Source of the DNA: Negativicutes bacterium
Lineage (GTDB): Bacteria; Bacillota; Negativicutes; UBA1444
Reading direction: 5' to 3'
Assembly: GCA_963665275.2 (NCBI GenBank)
Contig: CAXXIN010000019.1
Span: 64,001 to 128,000 of the forward strand
Length of the DNA stretch: 64,000 bases
A program made the position numbers and the translations under genes. The stretch's first letter is position 1, and each line of letters opens with the position of its first letter. Under the pieces are notes generated by a model. It had not been told where the DNA came from and ran no database searches. It was given only the letters and a program-made list of their open reading frames with translations. Below, piece after piece: positions 39,631 through 50,863 of the stretch.

Positions 39631-39790
39631 TAAAAGAACCTCCACCCTACCAGCGGGTTCCGTCACCGCCTTCGCAAGCACCGCCTCAATGTTTCATAAT
39701 TTCATTATCCCCTGAAGCCCGATATCGGTCAAGCCTATTTTCACAGAATATTCTCTTCATTGTGTATAACGTTTGTTCCCGGCGGATATG

Positions 39791-39823
39791 AAAAACCCCG
39801 GGCGGATTTCTCCGCCCGGGGTT
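39791..39823 (-). terminator. groESL terminator
   Basis: AACCCCGGGCGGA-gaaa-TCCGCCCGGGGTTTTT. Confidence 0.85.
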
Positions 39824-39840
39824 GGTTCGGTTGCCCGAAC

Positions 39841-41484
<1,644 letters not shown>

Positions 41485-41512
41485 TTACCTCCTCAAATCA
41501 ATTAGGGTTTGC

Positions 41513-41806
41513 TTATTCAACGATGGCGAGAATGTCACGCTCGTTGAGGATCATCAGTTCTTCGCCGTCCAGTTTGACTTCGGTTCCGGCGTATTTCGAA
41601 AAGATGACTTTTTGACCGGCTTGAACTTCCAGCGCCACCTTGGTTCCGTTATCCAGCATTTTTCCGGATCCAACGGCGATGACTCTGCCCTCTTGGGGTT
41701 TTTCTTTGGCGGTATCCGGCAGCACGATGCCGCTCTTGGTTTTTTCTTCCCGCTCGAGTGCTTTAATCAGGACGCGATCTCCCAACGGTTTAATTTTGTC
41801 AGACAT
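41513..41806 (-). CDS. groS: Co-chaperonin GroES
   Basis: KPLGDRV...[17 protein letters not shown]. Confidence 0.99.
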   Translation of the reverse strand: MSDKIKPLGDRVLIKALEREEKTKSGIVLPDTAKEKPQEGRVIAVGSGKMLDNGTKVALEVQAGQKVIFSKYAGTEVKLDGEELMILNERDILAIVE

Positions 41807-41845
41807 TGCGTTTTCCTCCCTTAGTGATGCTATTTTTTTGTTTTG

Positions 41846-41872
41846 TTAGCACTCACATCATTCGAGTGCTAA
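41846..41872. promoter_or_regulatory. CIRCE (HrcA operator)
   Basis: Perfect TTAGCACTC-N9-GAGTGCTAA, with a TTGATT-N17-TAAGAT promoter just upstream (41883-41911). Confidence 0.97.
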
Positions 41873-41969
41873 TTCCTATATCATCTTAACCAATTTACCA
41901 AAAAAAATCAAGGGCCTCCGCATAAAAAATTTCGGAAGCCCTTGATTATAAACAGATACGCAGTAATTT

Positions 41970-42548
41970 TTATTTTCCTTCGCTCAGGATCCGTCGTCCC
42001 CAGAAATAGATGACCAGCGTCAGCCCAAGGCTCGCCCACATGGCAAATGAAAATTCAACCGTCGATGGCAAACGCGGGTAAACCATCCACAACCAGTCGG
42101 CGTAATCGTTCGCCAGGAACCAGGCCATCGCCGTCCCGTACATCAGCGGCATCATCGGCAGCTGCCGCCGGAACAGCAGCCCTTCCGCGAACAAGCCGAG
42201 ATGGCTCGCCACCAGCATCCAGTCCTGTCCATCCGGCTGACTGCCGGGGGACAAGATATACTGCCCGATCACGACCACTGTCCAGACGCCATATTTGAGC
42301 GACCCCAGAACTGCGATCCAGGAAACCACCGCCTTCCATCCCGGACGCCAGGCTTTTCCTTCGCGAACCCACCAGAGAAATGCCAGAAAGCACAACGACG
42401 TCAGCGGACAATCAGGGGTCAGCGGCCACAGATACCAAGGCGTCTGACTTAGTTGATCCTTGTACCAGAGGAATCCCCACAGGGCGCCTATGGCATTGAA
42501 TCCCGCCAACAGCGCCAGCACATCCCGCCGGAGCAAAAACTTCATCAT
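41970..42548 (-). CDS. DUF1405 (YpjA-like) membrane protein
   Basis: WYKDQL, PDCP, LKYGVW, SH and NDYAD in a multi-TM protein. Confidence 0.8.
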   Translation of the reverse strand: MMKFLLRRDVLALLAGFNAIGALWGFLWYKDQLSQTPWYLWPLTPDCPLTSLCFLAFLWWVREGKAWRPGWKAVVSWIAVLGSLKYGVWTVVVIGQYILSPGSQPDGQDWMLVASHLGLFAEGLLFRRQLPMMPLMYGTAMAWFLANDYADWLWMVYPRLPSTVEFSFAMWASLGLTLVIYFWGRRILSEGK

Positions 42549-43042
42549 ACAGGTTCAGCCGCCGGACGAATCTCCCGCACCGGCACGCCGCCCCAGAAAG
42601 AATACGGTGGAATATCCCGGTTGACCAAGCTCATCGCGGATACCGTCGAACCTTCACCGATGATCACGCCAGGCAGGATCGTGCAATTCGCACCGATCGT
42701 GACATCCTTCTCGATGACCACGCGGCCGATACGCCATTCGCGCACCAGAAACTCATGGCCGAGAACCGTAGTATTGTAGCCAATCACCACATTGTCGCCG
42801 ATCTCGATCTGCTCCGGAAAAAACACATCCAGCATGACGCCCAGGCCCACTGACGCGTTCCGGCCGACTTTGACCCCAATCATGCGATACAGCATATTTT
42901 TAAATTGAAACGATGGCGAATATCGGGCGGTAAAAAGAACACAAAAATAGAAAACAACCTTGATTGGATGAATAATCTCAGGCCAGAATCTGAGTGAGTT
43001 CTTGCCTGTTACGAAATTCCTCTGCGTCCTGCGTGCTGCCAT
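42545..43042 (-). CDS. Hexapeptide-repeat acyltransferase (YvoF-like)
   Basis: ARYSP..FKN.LYR..G, DVFFPE.I.IG.N..IGYNTT.L.HE and left-handed beta-helix repeats. Confidence 0.82.
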   Translation of the reverse strand: MAARRTQRNFVTGKNSLRFWPEIIHPIKVVFYFCVLFTARYSPSFQFKNMLYRMIGVKVGRNASVGLGVMLDVFFPEQIEIGDNVVIGYNTTVLGHEFLVREWRIGRVVIEKDVTIGANCTILPGVIIGEGSTVSAMSLVNRDIPPYSFWGGVPVREIRPAAEPV

Positions 43043-43060
43043 GCGCCACTCCTTGCCCAC

Positions 43061-43648
43061 TTAGCGTGTCTTCTTTTTAGCAGCGTCGATGATCGACTCC
43101 GCCACTTCACGAATCGATTTCCGCTTGGCCATGCTATATTGCTGAATCCGGCGGAAAGCCTCCTGTTCACTGAGACTGTAGGCGTCCATCAAAATCCCTT
43201 TTGCCCGGTCCAAAATCTTGCGTGTCTCCAGGGAGTTTCGCAGATCATGCAGTTCCTGTTCGATCTCCAGATATTCACGAAAACGGGACAGCGCGATTTC
43301 CATTGCCGGGAATAAGTTGCTTTCTTTCACCGGTTTGACCAAATAGGCCAAAACCCCGGAATCTTTAGCCTTCTCAACAATTTCTTTCTGGCTGTAAGCT
43401 GTCAGAAGCAACACCGGCGCCAATTTCTCGTTGGATATGATTTTTGCGGCGGCAATGCCATCCATCTCCGGCATTTTAATATCCATGATCACCAGGTCCG
43501 GCTTGAATTTACGGGTCATTTCGACGGCCTTGAGGCCGTCAGCCACTTCCGCGACAACTTCGTGCCCCGCTTCTTCCAGCAGCTCCTTGAGATCCATCCG
43601 GATGATTGACTCATTATCAGCAATCAAAATGCGTAAGCTATCCATCAT
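43061..43648 (-). CDS. ANTAR-domain response regulator (EutV/PdtaR type)
   Basis: Receiver (MDIKMP, LTAYS, YLVKP) plus RKILDRAKGILM...EQEAFRRIQ..SM ANTAR domain. Confidence 0.93.
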   Translation of the reverse strand: MMDSLRILIADNESIIRMDLKELLEEAGHEVVAEVADGLKAVEMTRKFKPDLVIMDIKMPEMDGIAAAKIISNEKLAPVLLLTAYSQKEIVEKAKDSGVLAYLVKPVKESNLFPAMEIALSRFREYLEIEQELHDLRNSLETRKILDRAKGILMDAYSLSEQEAFRRIQQYSMAKRKSIREVAESIIDAAKKKTR

Positions 43649-43659
43649 CGTTCTCCCTT

Positions 43660-45069
43660 CTATGTGCGGGGTATTGTAATCACTGCATGGGTTCCGTCCG
43701 TGCCGGAAAGTTCGAAGGTTCCCCCCAGATCGGTTTCCACCAGGGTCCGGACGATTTGGATGCCGAGACTTTTGGTTTTGGTTCTGTCAAAGTCCGGCGG
43801 CAGGCCAATTCCGTTATCATAAATTTCCAGCCGGTATGAAGTCTCCGATGCGGTAGTCAGTTTTAAGCCTATCATACCACTGCGGCGACCCACAAATCCA
43901 TGTTCGATTGCATTCTGCACCAGCTCATTTACCATCAGAGCCAGGCTGCTCGCCTTTTCCGACGGCAAAACGACCGGCTCGGCCTCGAACACTTTCTGGA
44001 TCGCAAAACCCGGTTCCACCATGCTCTCAATGACCAGGTCAAAAATATTGCGGGCCACTTCCGCCACATTGATCACTTCTTCATCTTGTTGCGACAGGAA
44101 TTCGTGGACCAGAGATATGCTGAGGATCCGGTTGACACTTTCCCGCAGAGCCGCCCGCACTTCCGGCGACTCACTGCGGCGGGCCTGCAATCGAAGCAGG
44201 CTCGCGATCGTTTGTAAATTATTCTTGACGCGATGATGGATTTCCTGTATGACAGCCGACTTGACCAACAATTCTTTTTCTTTTTTTCGGAGTTGGGTCA
44301 CATCGGCGACAAACAAAAGCATACGGACAGTTTTCCCGTTTTGCACCACGGGAATCGCTTTTTCGGACAGGACCATGCCTGCGACTTCCAGTTCCATTTC
44401 CTGCGGCTGTCCCGTAATCGTCGCTTTTCCCGCCAGTCGCAAATGGAGCGCCCGTTCGTGAACACGTCGCCCGAGCAATCGTCCCACACCCAAGACCCGG
44501 TAAATTCCAACAGCGGCTGCATTGGCATAAATGATCTGGCCCCGTTCATTCACAGCCAGAATCCCGTCCTGGGAAAACACCGGGCGATACACCAGCGTAT
44601 TGTGCGGATCATAATCCGAAATCAGCAGCATATACACCGTTTCCAACAGAATCTGGTGGTCAGCGCCAGTCTCTTCTCCGCTCAATTCAAAACTGAGTAC
44701 AGCCAGAACCTTGCCTTTAGCAGTATGAACTGGAAAAGTTTCCATGAACAACGGATCCATGCCGAGGGCCCATTCCCGATGCCCGGTAATTCGCTCCCCT
44801 GTTTCCATTGTTCGCCACACGAGAGGTTCTTCGGCTGCCGCAAAAACCGTTCCTACCGCTCCGCCTCTTTGCGGCGACAAACTCGCCCGTGACCGGACCT
44901 GTCCGACCAACACCAGCTTCGGTTCACGCCCCACCCTCACATACAGACTAACCTGTGCGTGGGAAATATCTCCAGCCAATTCGAGTCGTGCTGAAATTTG
45001 TTCCAATAATGCCATTTCACTTTTCGTCAATCGTCCTGTTTTACGAAAATGTTCATCCAGCGCGGTCAC
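43660..45069 (-). CDS. Cytoplasmic sensor histidine kinase (EutW/PdtaS type, HisKA_2)
   Basis: EIHHRVKNNLQ, NELVQNAIEH, DNGIG and SLGIQIV; no TM helices. Confidence 0.9.
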   Translation of the reverse strand: MTALDEHFRKTGRLTKSEMALLEQISARLELAGDISHAQVSLYVRVGREPKLVLVGQVRSRASLSPQRGGAVGTVFAAAEEPLVWRTMETGERITGHREWALGMDPLFMETFPVHTAKGKVLAVLSFELSGEETGADHQILLETVYMLLISDYDPHNTLVYRPVFSQDGILAVNERGQIIYANAAAVGIYRVLGVGRLLGRRVHERALHLRLAGKATITGQPQEMELEVAGMVLSEKAIPVVQNGKTVRMLLFVADVTQLRKKEKELLVKSAVIQEIHHRVKNNLQTIASLLRLQARRSESPEVRAALRESVNRILSISLVHEFLSQQDEEVINVAEVARNIFDLVIESMVEPGFAIQKVFEAEPVVLPSEKASSLALMVNELVQNAIEHGFVGRRSGMIGLKLTTASETSYRLEIYDNGIGLPPDFDRTKTKSLGIQIVRTLVETDLGGTFELSGTDGTHAVITIPRT

Positions 45070-45123
45070 GTTATTCTCTCCCTGCCCAGTTTTTTTACGA
45101 CTTCAAAATGAGTAATCCGTAAC

Positions 45124-45241
45124 TTATCCCCGACTTATCCACAGTATCAACAGGTTTATCCACAGGTCTGGCCGCTGTAAAATCAGGCATTGAGACCCTG
45201 ACCCAAAGACTGTCCACATTCGGTTATTTTAGTTTTCCACC
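45124..45241 (+). promoter_or_regulatory. DnaA-box cluster
   Basis: Two perfect TTATCCACA (45135, 45156) and degenerate boxes at 45124, 45144, 45210 and 45233, all in the same orientation. Confidence 0.8.
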
Positions 45242-46246
45242 AAGCGGCAAGCTGGGAATCGCATTGAGCGACAAGTCGGCAATGTCTCCGGCTTGCAATT
45301 GGTAGTAGGCTCTGCAGCCAATCATAGCGGCGTTATCCGTACACAAAATAATGTCCGGCGAGTAAAGTTGGACCTTTTCAGCATCGCATCTAAGCTGCAA
45401 CGCGCGGCGCAATGATCCATTAGCAGCGACTCCGCCGGCCAGCACTAATTTGAGGCATTCACACTGACGAACTGCCTGCAATGATTTTTGCGTCAGGATA
45501 TCCACAACTGCGAACTGAAAAGAAGCAGCCACATCAGCTGGATTCACGATTTCCTTGCGCTGCGAAGCCGTGTGCAGATAATTGATCACAGAGGATTTCA
45601 ATCCGCTGAAGCTGAATTCAAAGGAATCATCACTGGTAAAGGAACGGGGAAATTTGATGGCTTTGGGATCGCCAGCTTCCGCCAGCTTTTCCACATGCGG
45701 TCCCCCCGGGTAAGGAAGTCCCAGCAGCCGGGCCACTTTGTCAAAAGCTTCGCCGGCGGCGTCATCTCGGGTCTGCCCCAGCAAATGAAAGGTCGAATAA
45801 TCCCGGACGTGCACCAGTGAAGTATGTCCGCCGGAAACGACTAAGGCAATGAAGGGGGGCTCCAGTTCCGGATGCGACAGTAACGATGCAAAAATATGGC
45901 CCTCCAGGTGGTGCACCCCCACGAGCGGAAGGCCGGTAGCAAAAGCCAGTGCTTTGGCAGCCGCCACTCCCACCAACAAAGCGCCCACCAATCCGGGACC
46001 ATGCGTAACCCCCACGGCGTCAAGATCCGCAAGCGTCACACCCGCCTCTGAGAGCGCGTGGTCGATCACGGGAAGCACATTTTCCACATGCCTGCGGGAA
46101 GCCAGTTCCGGCACCACTCCGCCATATTTTTGATGAATCGGAATTTGCGAAGAAATAACGTTGGACAGGATCTTGCGCCCGTCTGCGATAACGGCAGCCG
46201 AAGTCTCGTCACAACTGGTTTCCAGGCCCAACACTAAAATGCTCAA
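45224..46246 (-). CDS. tsaD: tRNA t6A threonylcarbamoyltransferase
   Basis: ETSCDETS, HHLEGH, VSGGHT, DDAAGEAFDK and CTDNAAMI. Confidence 0.98.
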   Translation of the reverse strand: MSILVLGLETSCDETSAAVIADGRKILSNVISSQIPIHQKYGGVVPELASRRHVENVLPVIDHALSEAGVTLADLDAVGVTHGPGLVGALLVGVAAAKALAFATGLPLVGVHHLEGHIFASLLSHPELEPPFIALVVSGGHTSLVHVRDYSTFHLLGQTRDDAAGEAFDKVARLLGLPYPGGPHVEKLAEAGDPKAIKFPRSFTSDDSFEFSFSGLKSSVINYLHTASQRKEIVNPADVAASFQFAVVDILTQKSLQAVRQCECLKLVLAGGVAANGSLRRALQLRCDAEKVQLYSPDIILCTDNAAMIGCRAYYQLQAGDIADLSLNAIPSLPLGGKLK

Positions 46247-46695
46247 AGCTTTTCACACCACAAAATCAGGGCGTCCTCCTTGGTCTCCGAATAATAGTTT
46301 TTGCGAATTCCCGCTTCCACGAACCCCATCTGTTGATACAAATGGCGCGCCGCATCATTAGTCACCCGCACTTCCAGGGTCATCGAGTCCATGCCGCTAT
46401 CTCTGGCCAGCTCCATCAACTTTTCCATCAAAAACCGGCCGATTCCTTCCCGGCGGTGCTGCCCGGATACCGCGACATTCGTCACATGCGCTTCGTTGAT
46501 CACCAGCCAGGTTCCGGCGTATCCGACAATATTCCCGTCTTCCTCCGCGACGATATAGCGGGCCAGACGGTTTTGGGTCAGTTCTTCTTCAAACGCCGAG
46601 CGGGACCACGGGGTCAGAAAAGAGTCAAATTCAACCGACATAACGCCGTCCAAATCTTCTACCGTCATCGGCCGTACGATAATTTCCGTCTTCAT
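46243..46695 (-). CDS. rimI: Ribosomal-protein alanine N-acetyltransferase
   Basis: GNAT motifs HVTNVAV, LEVR and RKNYY; tsa operon position. Confidence 0.9.
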   Translation of the reverse strand: MKTEIIVRPMTVEDLDGVMSVEFDSFLTPWSRSAFEEELTQNRLARYIVAEEDGNIVGYAGTWLVINEAHVTNVAVSGQHRREGIGRFLMEKLMELARDSGMDSMTLEVRVTNDAARHLYQQMGFVEAGIRKNYYSETKEDALILWCEKL

Positions 46696-47396
46696 GAGCT
46701 GACGCCGCAGCGTTTTTCCCAGAGTTCTTCCGCCTCAGGCCGCCGGACATAAAGGGGATTCAGTTCTGTGGCTGCAACGGCCAGGCCGGCCTGCCATTTG
46801 CGCAAGCCGAGGAAAGCGACGGCGGCTGCGCGCGGCATGACGGCATGCTCCGGCGCCAGAAATATATTCCCGCCTGAGGATTCGACCAGCCCGGCATGCT
46901 CCCGGACCGATTCGCCGACCACCAGCACCGGTTCCATCAAGGCCGCTATTTCCTGAAACGCCTGCTCTGCTGATACGATCCGCACCGGCGCAACTTCGAT
47001 GAGCAGTCCAGAGCGCCACTGATACATAGCTTGGTAAACCCTGCCTTTTTGTGCATCCAGCATCGCCGACACCCTGCCACTTCCTGCGGGGCATCCATAC
47101 GCCAGGGCTTCGAGCGTCGGCACTCCCACAATGGGCTTTTGCCATGCGTAAGCAAGGGTTTTGGCTGTTGTCAGCCCGATTCGCAAACCTGTGAACGAAC
47201 CCGGACCGATACTGACTGCCACGACTTCTACTTCCTGAGGGGACACTCCTCCCAGCGCAAATACTTTTTCAATCTGCGGCATCAAACGCTCCGAATGGGT
47301 ATTGCCTGTTTGAACATTGATTTCTGCCAGTAACCGATCACCCTTTAACAGAGCGACTCCCGATACCGGTGTTGCAGTTTCGATTGCCAGAATCAG
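46692..47396 (-). CDS. tsaB: t6A biosynthesis protein TsaB; apparent CTG start
   Basis: (M)ILAIETAT...HSERLMP, GPGSFTGLRIG, DAQKG.VY and PLYVR. The frame is open back to CTG at 47396, with an in-frame TGA three codons upstream. Confidence 0.92.
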   Translation of the reverse strand: MILAIETATPVSGVALLKGDRLLAEINVQTGNTHSERLMPQIEKVFALGGVSPQEVEVVAVSIGPGSFTGLRIGLTTAKTLAYAWQKPIVGVPTLEALAYGCPAGSGRVSAMLDAQKGRVYQAMYQWRSGLLIEVAPVRIVSAEQAFQEIAALMEPVLVVGESVREHAGLVESSGGNIFLAPEHAVMPRAAAVAFLGLRKWQAGLAVAATELNPLYVRRPEAEELWEKRCGVSS

Positions 47397-47854
47397 AGGA
47401 GGTCACTCCCTTCCAATCGGGCGGCGTAACGGTCGCCTTTTCCTTCGATTTGCAGGATACGTTCCATCGGATGGTCCCCTTGCCGCAAATCCACTTTCAC
47501 ATATTCATCCGGCATCTCAGACGGAAACAGATCCGGCCATTCGATGATTGCCACTCCATCACCGCCAATAAATTCATCAAAGCCAATGTTCGCCAGATCT
47601 TCCGGATCATCCAGCCGATACAGATCAAAATGATAGAGAGGCAACTTCCCCTGATAAATATTCAGCAGCGTAAAAGTTGGACTTGTTACCCTCTCTGTTA
47701 CCTCTAATCCCTCCGCAAGGCCCTTTACGAACTCGGTTTTACCGGCTCCCAAATCTCCTTGCAGCAGAACTGCGTCACCGGCCACCAATACGCCGGACAA
47801 GCGGCGGGCCACCTCTCTCGTAGCCTCAGGCGACGAGCTGGTATACCGTTGCAT
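47393..47854 (-). CDS. tsaE: t6A biosynthesis ATPase TsaE
   Basis: GDLGAGKT, SPTF, HFDLYRL and IEW. Confidence 0.96.
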   Translation of the reverse strand: MQRYTSSSPEATREVARRLSGVLVAGDAVLLQGDLGAGKTEFVKGLAEGLEVTERVTSPTFTLLNIYQGKLPLYHFDLYRLDDPEDLANIGFDEFIGGDGVAIIEWPDLFPSEMPDEYVKVDLRQGDHPMERILQIEGKGDRYAARLEGSDLL

Positions 47855-47974
47855 TGCACTCACCCGCCTTTCTGAAAAGTAGTATATCATAATTTCAAAA
47901 AACTTGCGCCAGCACAAGGAAAATGCCCGACGCATGCATAATATTCTATAGAATGAAAGTGAGGCGATGTTCCG

Positions 47975-49093
47975 TTGCGTCCAACCCAAGTCATTATCGA
48001 TCTGTCTGCGATCCGGCATAACGTCCGTCAAATTCGCGGCAGTCTGCCTGTCACCACCCGCATGATCGCTGTCGTGAAAGCCAATGCTTACGGACACGGC
48101 GCTATCCCCGTCAGCCGGGCTGCCCTCGGCGCCGGCGCCGATTCTTTGGCGGTAGCCATTCCCGAGGAAGGAATTGAACTGAGGGCCGCCGGCATCCAGG
48201 TTCCCATCCTAATTCTCGGACTAATACTGCCTGAGCAGGCAGCTCTGTTGGTTGACTACGACCTGACGGCAACCGTCGCATCCAGCGAAGGGATGCGGGA
48301 GCTTCAGGCAGCCGCGCTCAAAAAGAACAAGCAAGCCCGAGTCATGCTCAAACTGGACACAGGCATGAGCCGCATCGGCATCCAGCCAGAGGCATTGGTT
48401 CCTTTTGCCCGGGAGGCGCTTACCCTGGACGGCATTAACGTTATCGGCCTGTTCACGCATTTTGCAACAGCCGACGCTGCAGATAGTTCCTACACTTTGA
48501 CCCAATTCAAATGCCTGAACGAGGCCGTCTGCTCCCTCCAGGACGCAGGGCTCTCTGTACCGGTGCTGTCCGCTGCCAACAGCGCAGCCACCGACTCGTT
48601 TCCTGCCGCACACTTGGATGCAGTCCGCCCCGGCATTATTCTGTACGGCCTGCCGCCCGATCCCGCCATGCACCTGCATCTGGACCTGAGGCCCGCCATG
48701 TCGCTGGTGACCCGCATTGTTTTCATCAAGCATGTTCCCGCCGGAACGCCGGTGAATTACGGCTGCACCTATTATACGGAAGCGCCGACCTGGCTCGCTA
48801 CCCTGCCGATCGGATACGCCGACGGCTACAGCCGCCACCTCTCCAACAAGGCCGAGGTGTTGGTGCAGGGGATCAGGCGGCGAGTAGTGGGGCGCATCTG
48901 CATGGACCAGACCGTCATCGACCTGGGAGGGGAATGCGACGCCGCTATTGGTGACGAAGTGGTGCTCTGCGGCCGGCAGGGGCAGAATGAAATCACGCTG
49001 ACCGAGCTGGCAGGCCTCGCCGGAACCATCAACTACGAGCTGGCCTGCGGCATCAGCCCCAGAGTTCCGAGAGTGTATCAGGATAACGGATAG
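47975..49093 (+). CDS. alr: Alanine racemase
   Basis: AVVKANAYGHG, DTGMSRIG, RPGIILYG, GYADG and GRICMDQ. Confidence 0.96.
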   Translation: MRPTQVIIDLSAIRHNVRQIRGSLPVTTRMIAVVKANAYGHGAIPVSRAALGAGADSLAVAIPEEGIELRAAGIQVPILILGLILPEQAALLVDYDLTATVASSEGMRELQAAALKKNKQARVMLKLDTGMSRIGIQPEALVPFAREALTLDGINVIGLFTHFATADAADSSYTLTQFKCLNEAVCSLQDAGLSVPVLSAANSAATDSFPAAHLDAVRPGIILYGLPPDPAMHLHLDLRPAMSLVTRIVFIKHVPAGTPVNYGCTYYTEAPTWLATLPIGYADGYSRHLSNKAEVLVQGIRRRVVGRICMDQTVIDLGGECDAAIGDEVVLCGRQGQNEITLTELAGLAGTINYELACGISPRVPRVYQDNG

Positions 49094-49115
49094 CTTGAAT
49101 GAAGGTTCAAATATC

Positions 49116-49166
49116 GAAAAGAAGCGGAAGCTGGCTTTAACCCTGCTTTCCGCTTCTTCTATTTTT
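49116..49166. terminator. Bidirectional terminator between alr and the GerMN gene
   Basis: AAGAAGCGGAA...TTCCGCTTCTT with flanking A/T runs. Confidence 0.65.
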
Positions 49167-49174
49167 TCGTATGC

Positions 49175-49753
49175 CTATTTGTTTTTGATAATCCCCGGCG
49201 ACCGGCTCAGTGGGTCAAACACGTCCAGATGGCCGAACAGGGTGTCCACTTTTTTTCCTTCGACCAAGATCTGTACCCGTTCCACGTCAGGGAACTCCGT
49301 CAGCGTGTTGACGATGGCGCCCACCGCCAGAATTTCTGTCGCCGATCCGCCGAAGCCGCGCTTCGCAATCTCAGATGAAAAATCCACAAAGGCAGTTTTG
49401 TCACGGACCACAACGCTCCTGACCTGCGTTGCCTTGGGAATAACGGCTACCAGCTCCGTATTCGTCGGTCCTGCCGCCATTACTTCCAGAGCCCGTTGCA
49501 TCAGCTGTGAATCGTTTTTCAACGAATGCACTTCCGCCACGACATAGCGACCGTCATGGGTTCCAAAATACACTTTCACGGGAACCGTATCATTATTGGA
49601 CGCAGGTTTTTCAGGGGTTGACGGTTTCGTAGCAGGCGCGGTTGCGCCCTTGGGGTCTGCGGCATTGCCACTCTGATTGGGAGTGCATCCGGAAACCAAC
49701 AGTAAAGTCAATGACCCTATCAAAATTCCCAACAGCCATCGGCGTTTCATCAT
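49175..49753 (-). CDS. GerMN-domain lipoprotein
   Basis: VSGC lipobox; VDFS..GGSATE...IVNTLTEF..V..VQILVEG. Confidence 0.85.
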   Translation of the reverse strand: MMKRRWLLGILIGSLTLLLVSGCTPNQSGNAADPKGATAPATKPSTPEKPASNNDTVPVKVYFGTHDGRYVVAEVHSLKNDSQLMQRALEVMAAGPTNTELVAVIPKATQVRSVVVRDKTAFVDFSSEIAKRGFGGSATEILAVGAIVNTLTEFPDVERVQILVEGKKVDTLFGHLDVFDPLSRSPGIIKNK

Positions 49754-50826
49754 TGTTCACCTCTCATTTTCGCAGCCTGACCGAAGAACTGATCAATACC
49801 GGCTACGATCGCCAGCGCCATCTTCTGTTGGAACGCAGGGCTATTCAACATTTGTTCTTCCTGTGGGTTGGAAAGGAAGCCGATCTCCAGCAAAGCTGCG
49901 GGCATCCAGGTGTTTTTCACCACAAAGAAATTTGCTGTACGCACCCCGATATTATCCAGTCCACCGCCCCGAACCATCGCATCCTGAATACATTGCGCCA
50001 ACACGGCGTCAAACAGCGTCTTGCGATAATAATACGTCGTAGTTCCGCTCAGGTTGGAGTTGGCTGAGGAGTTATGATGAATACTGATGAAAATATCGGC
50101 TTTGCGGTTGTTGGCCGCCATGGCCCGGGCCATGAGTTCTTCCCTGTCCGTTGCATCCGGATTCGAACAATCGATATCAGTCTGGCGCGTCATTACCACT
50201 TGTGCGCCGGCCCTTTCCAAAATCGCCTTTACCTGCATACTCAAATCGAGATTGACTTTCTTTTCAAACGTACGCTGGGGACCAATCGCTCCCGGGTCAG
50301 ACCCTCCATGCCCCGGATCAATGGCAATCACTTTTCCCTTGAGTCCAGCCGAAAACTTAACATCCGTTATCGGCACAGTTTTTCCCACATCAATAACGAT
50401 GCGGAAAGGGCGATTTGCTTTGGGATCAGCTTTGACTGTAAAAACCTTGTATTGATCTTCCGGCAAAGATCCCGGCAACTCAATGATGGCATGAACCGTA
50501 TCTTTGGTAGATTTGACCAGGCTCAAGCCTTTGACGATCGTTTGGTCGGGCGAGGGAGGGATCGCAATATTGTCGGCGCTGGCGCCCCGTAGCGTTACAA
50601 ACAGTCGCCAACTGGGTTTGGCGGTGATGAATTGCTCTACTGCGACCGGGCCGCTGGCATCCAGAACCAAGCGAACTTTCACCGTTCCGGTCACGGCGTC
50701 CACAGTCCGGCCCCACCGCACGGCCGTTATTTTAACATTGGATTCGGCGGGAGCCGCCCAACCCAGAACAGATGTGAGACTCAGAAGCAGTGTCAGCAGC
50801 AAACCCACGCAGTATCTGATACGCAA
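49750..50826 (-). CDS. N-acetylmuramoyl-L-alanine amidase (AMIN-like + Amidase_3)
   Basis: Signal peptide; IDPGHGGSDPGA, EK, FISIHHN and LLEIGFLSN. Confidence 0.9.
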   Translation of the reverse strand: MRIRYCVGLLLTLLLSLTSVLGWAAPAESNVKITAVRWGRTVDAVTGTVKVRLVLDASGPVAVEQFITAKPSWRLFVTLRGASADNIAIPPSPDQTIVKGLSLVKSTKDTVHAIIELPGSLPEDQYKVFTVKADPKANRPFRIVIDVGKTVPITDVKFSAGLKGKVIAIDPGHGGSDPGAIGPQRTFEKKVNLDLSMQVKAILERAGAQVVMTRQTDIDCSNPDATDREELMARAMAANNRKADIFISIHHNSSANSNLSGTTTYYYRKTLFDAVLAQCIQDAMVRGGGLDNIGVRTANFFVVKNTWMPAALLEIGFLSNPQEEQMLNSPAFQQKMALAIVAGIDQFFGQAAKMRGEQ

Positions 50827-50863
50827 CCAGTATCACCCCCATTCGGCAAAGTTTTCGTTTTAA

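Noticed and set aside
39631-39700. Riboswitch in the leader of the TIGR04283 gene
   Set aside because: Only a weak hairpin; no match to fluoride or other aptamers I can recognise.
45124-45241. Replication origin
   Set aside because: No dnaA/dnaN/rpmH context or unwinding element, and gene orientation does not switch here. Retained only as a DnaA-box cluster.
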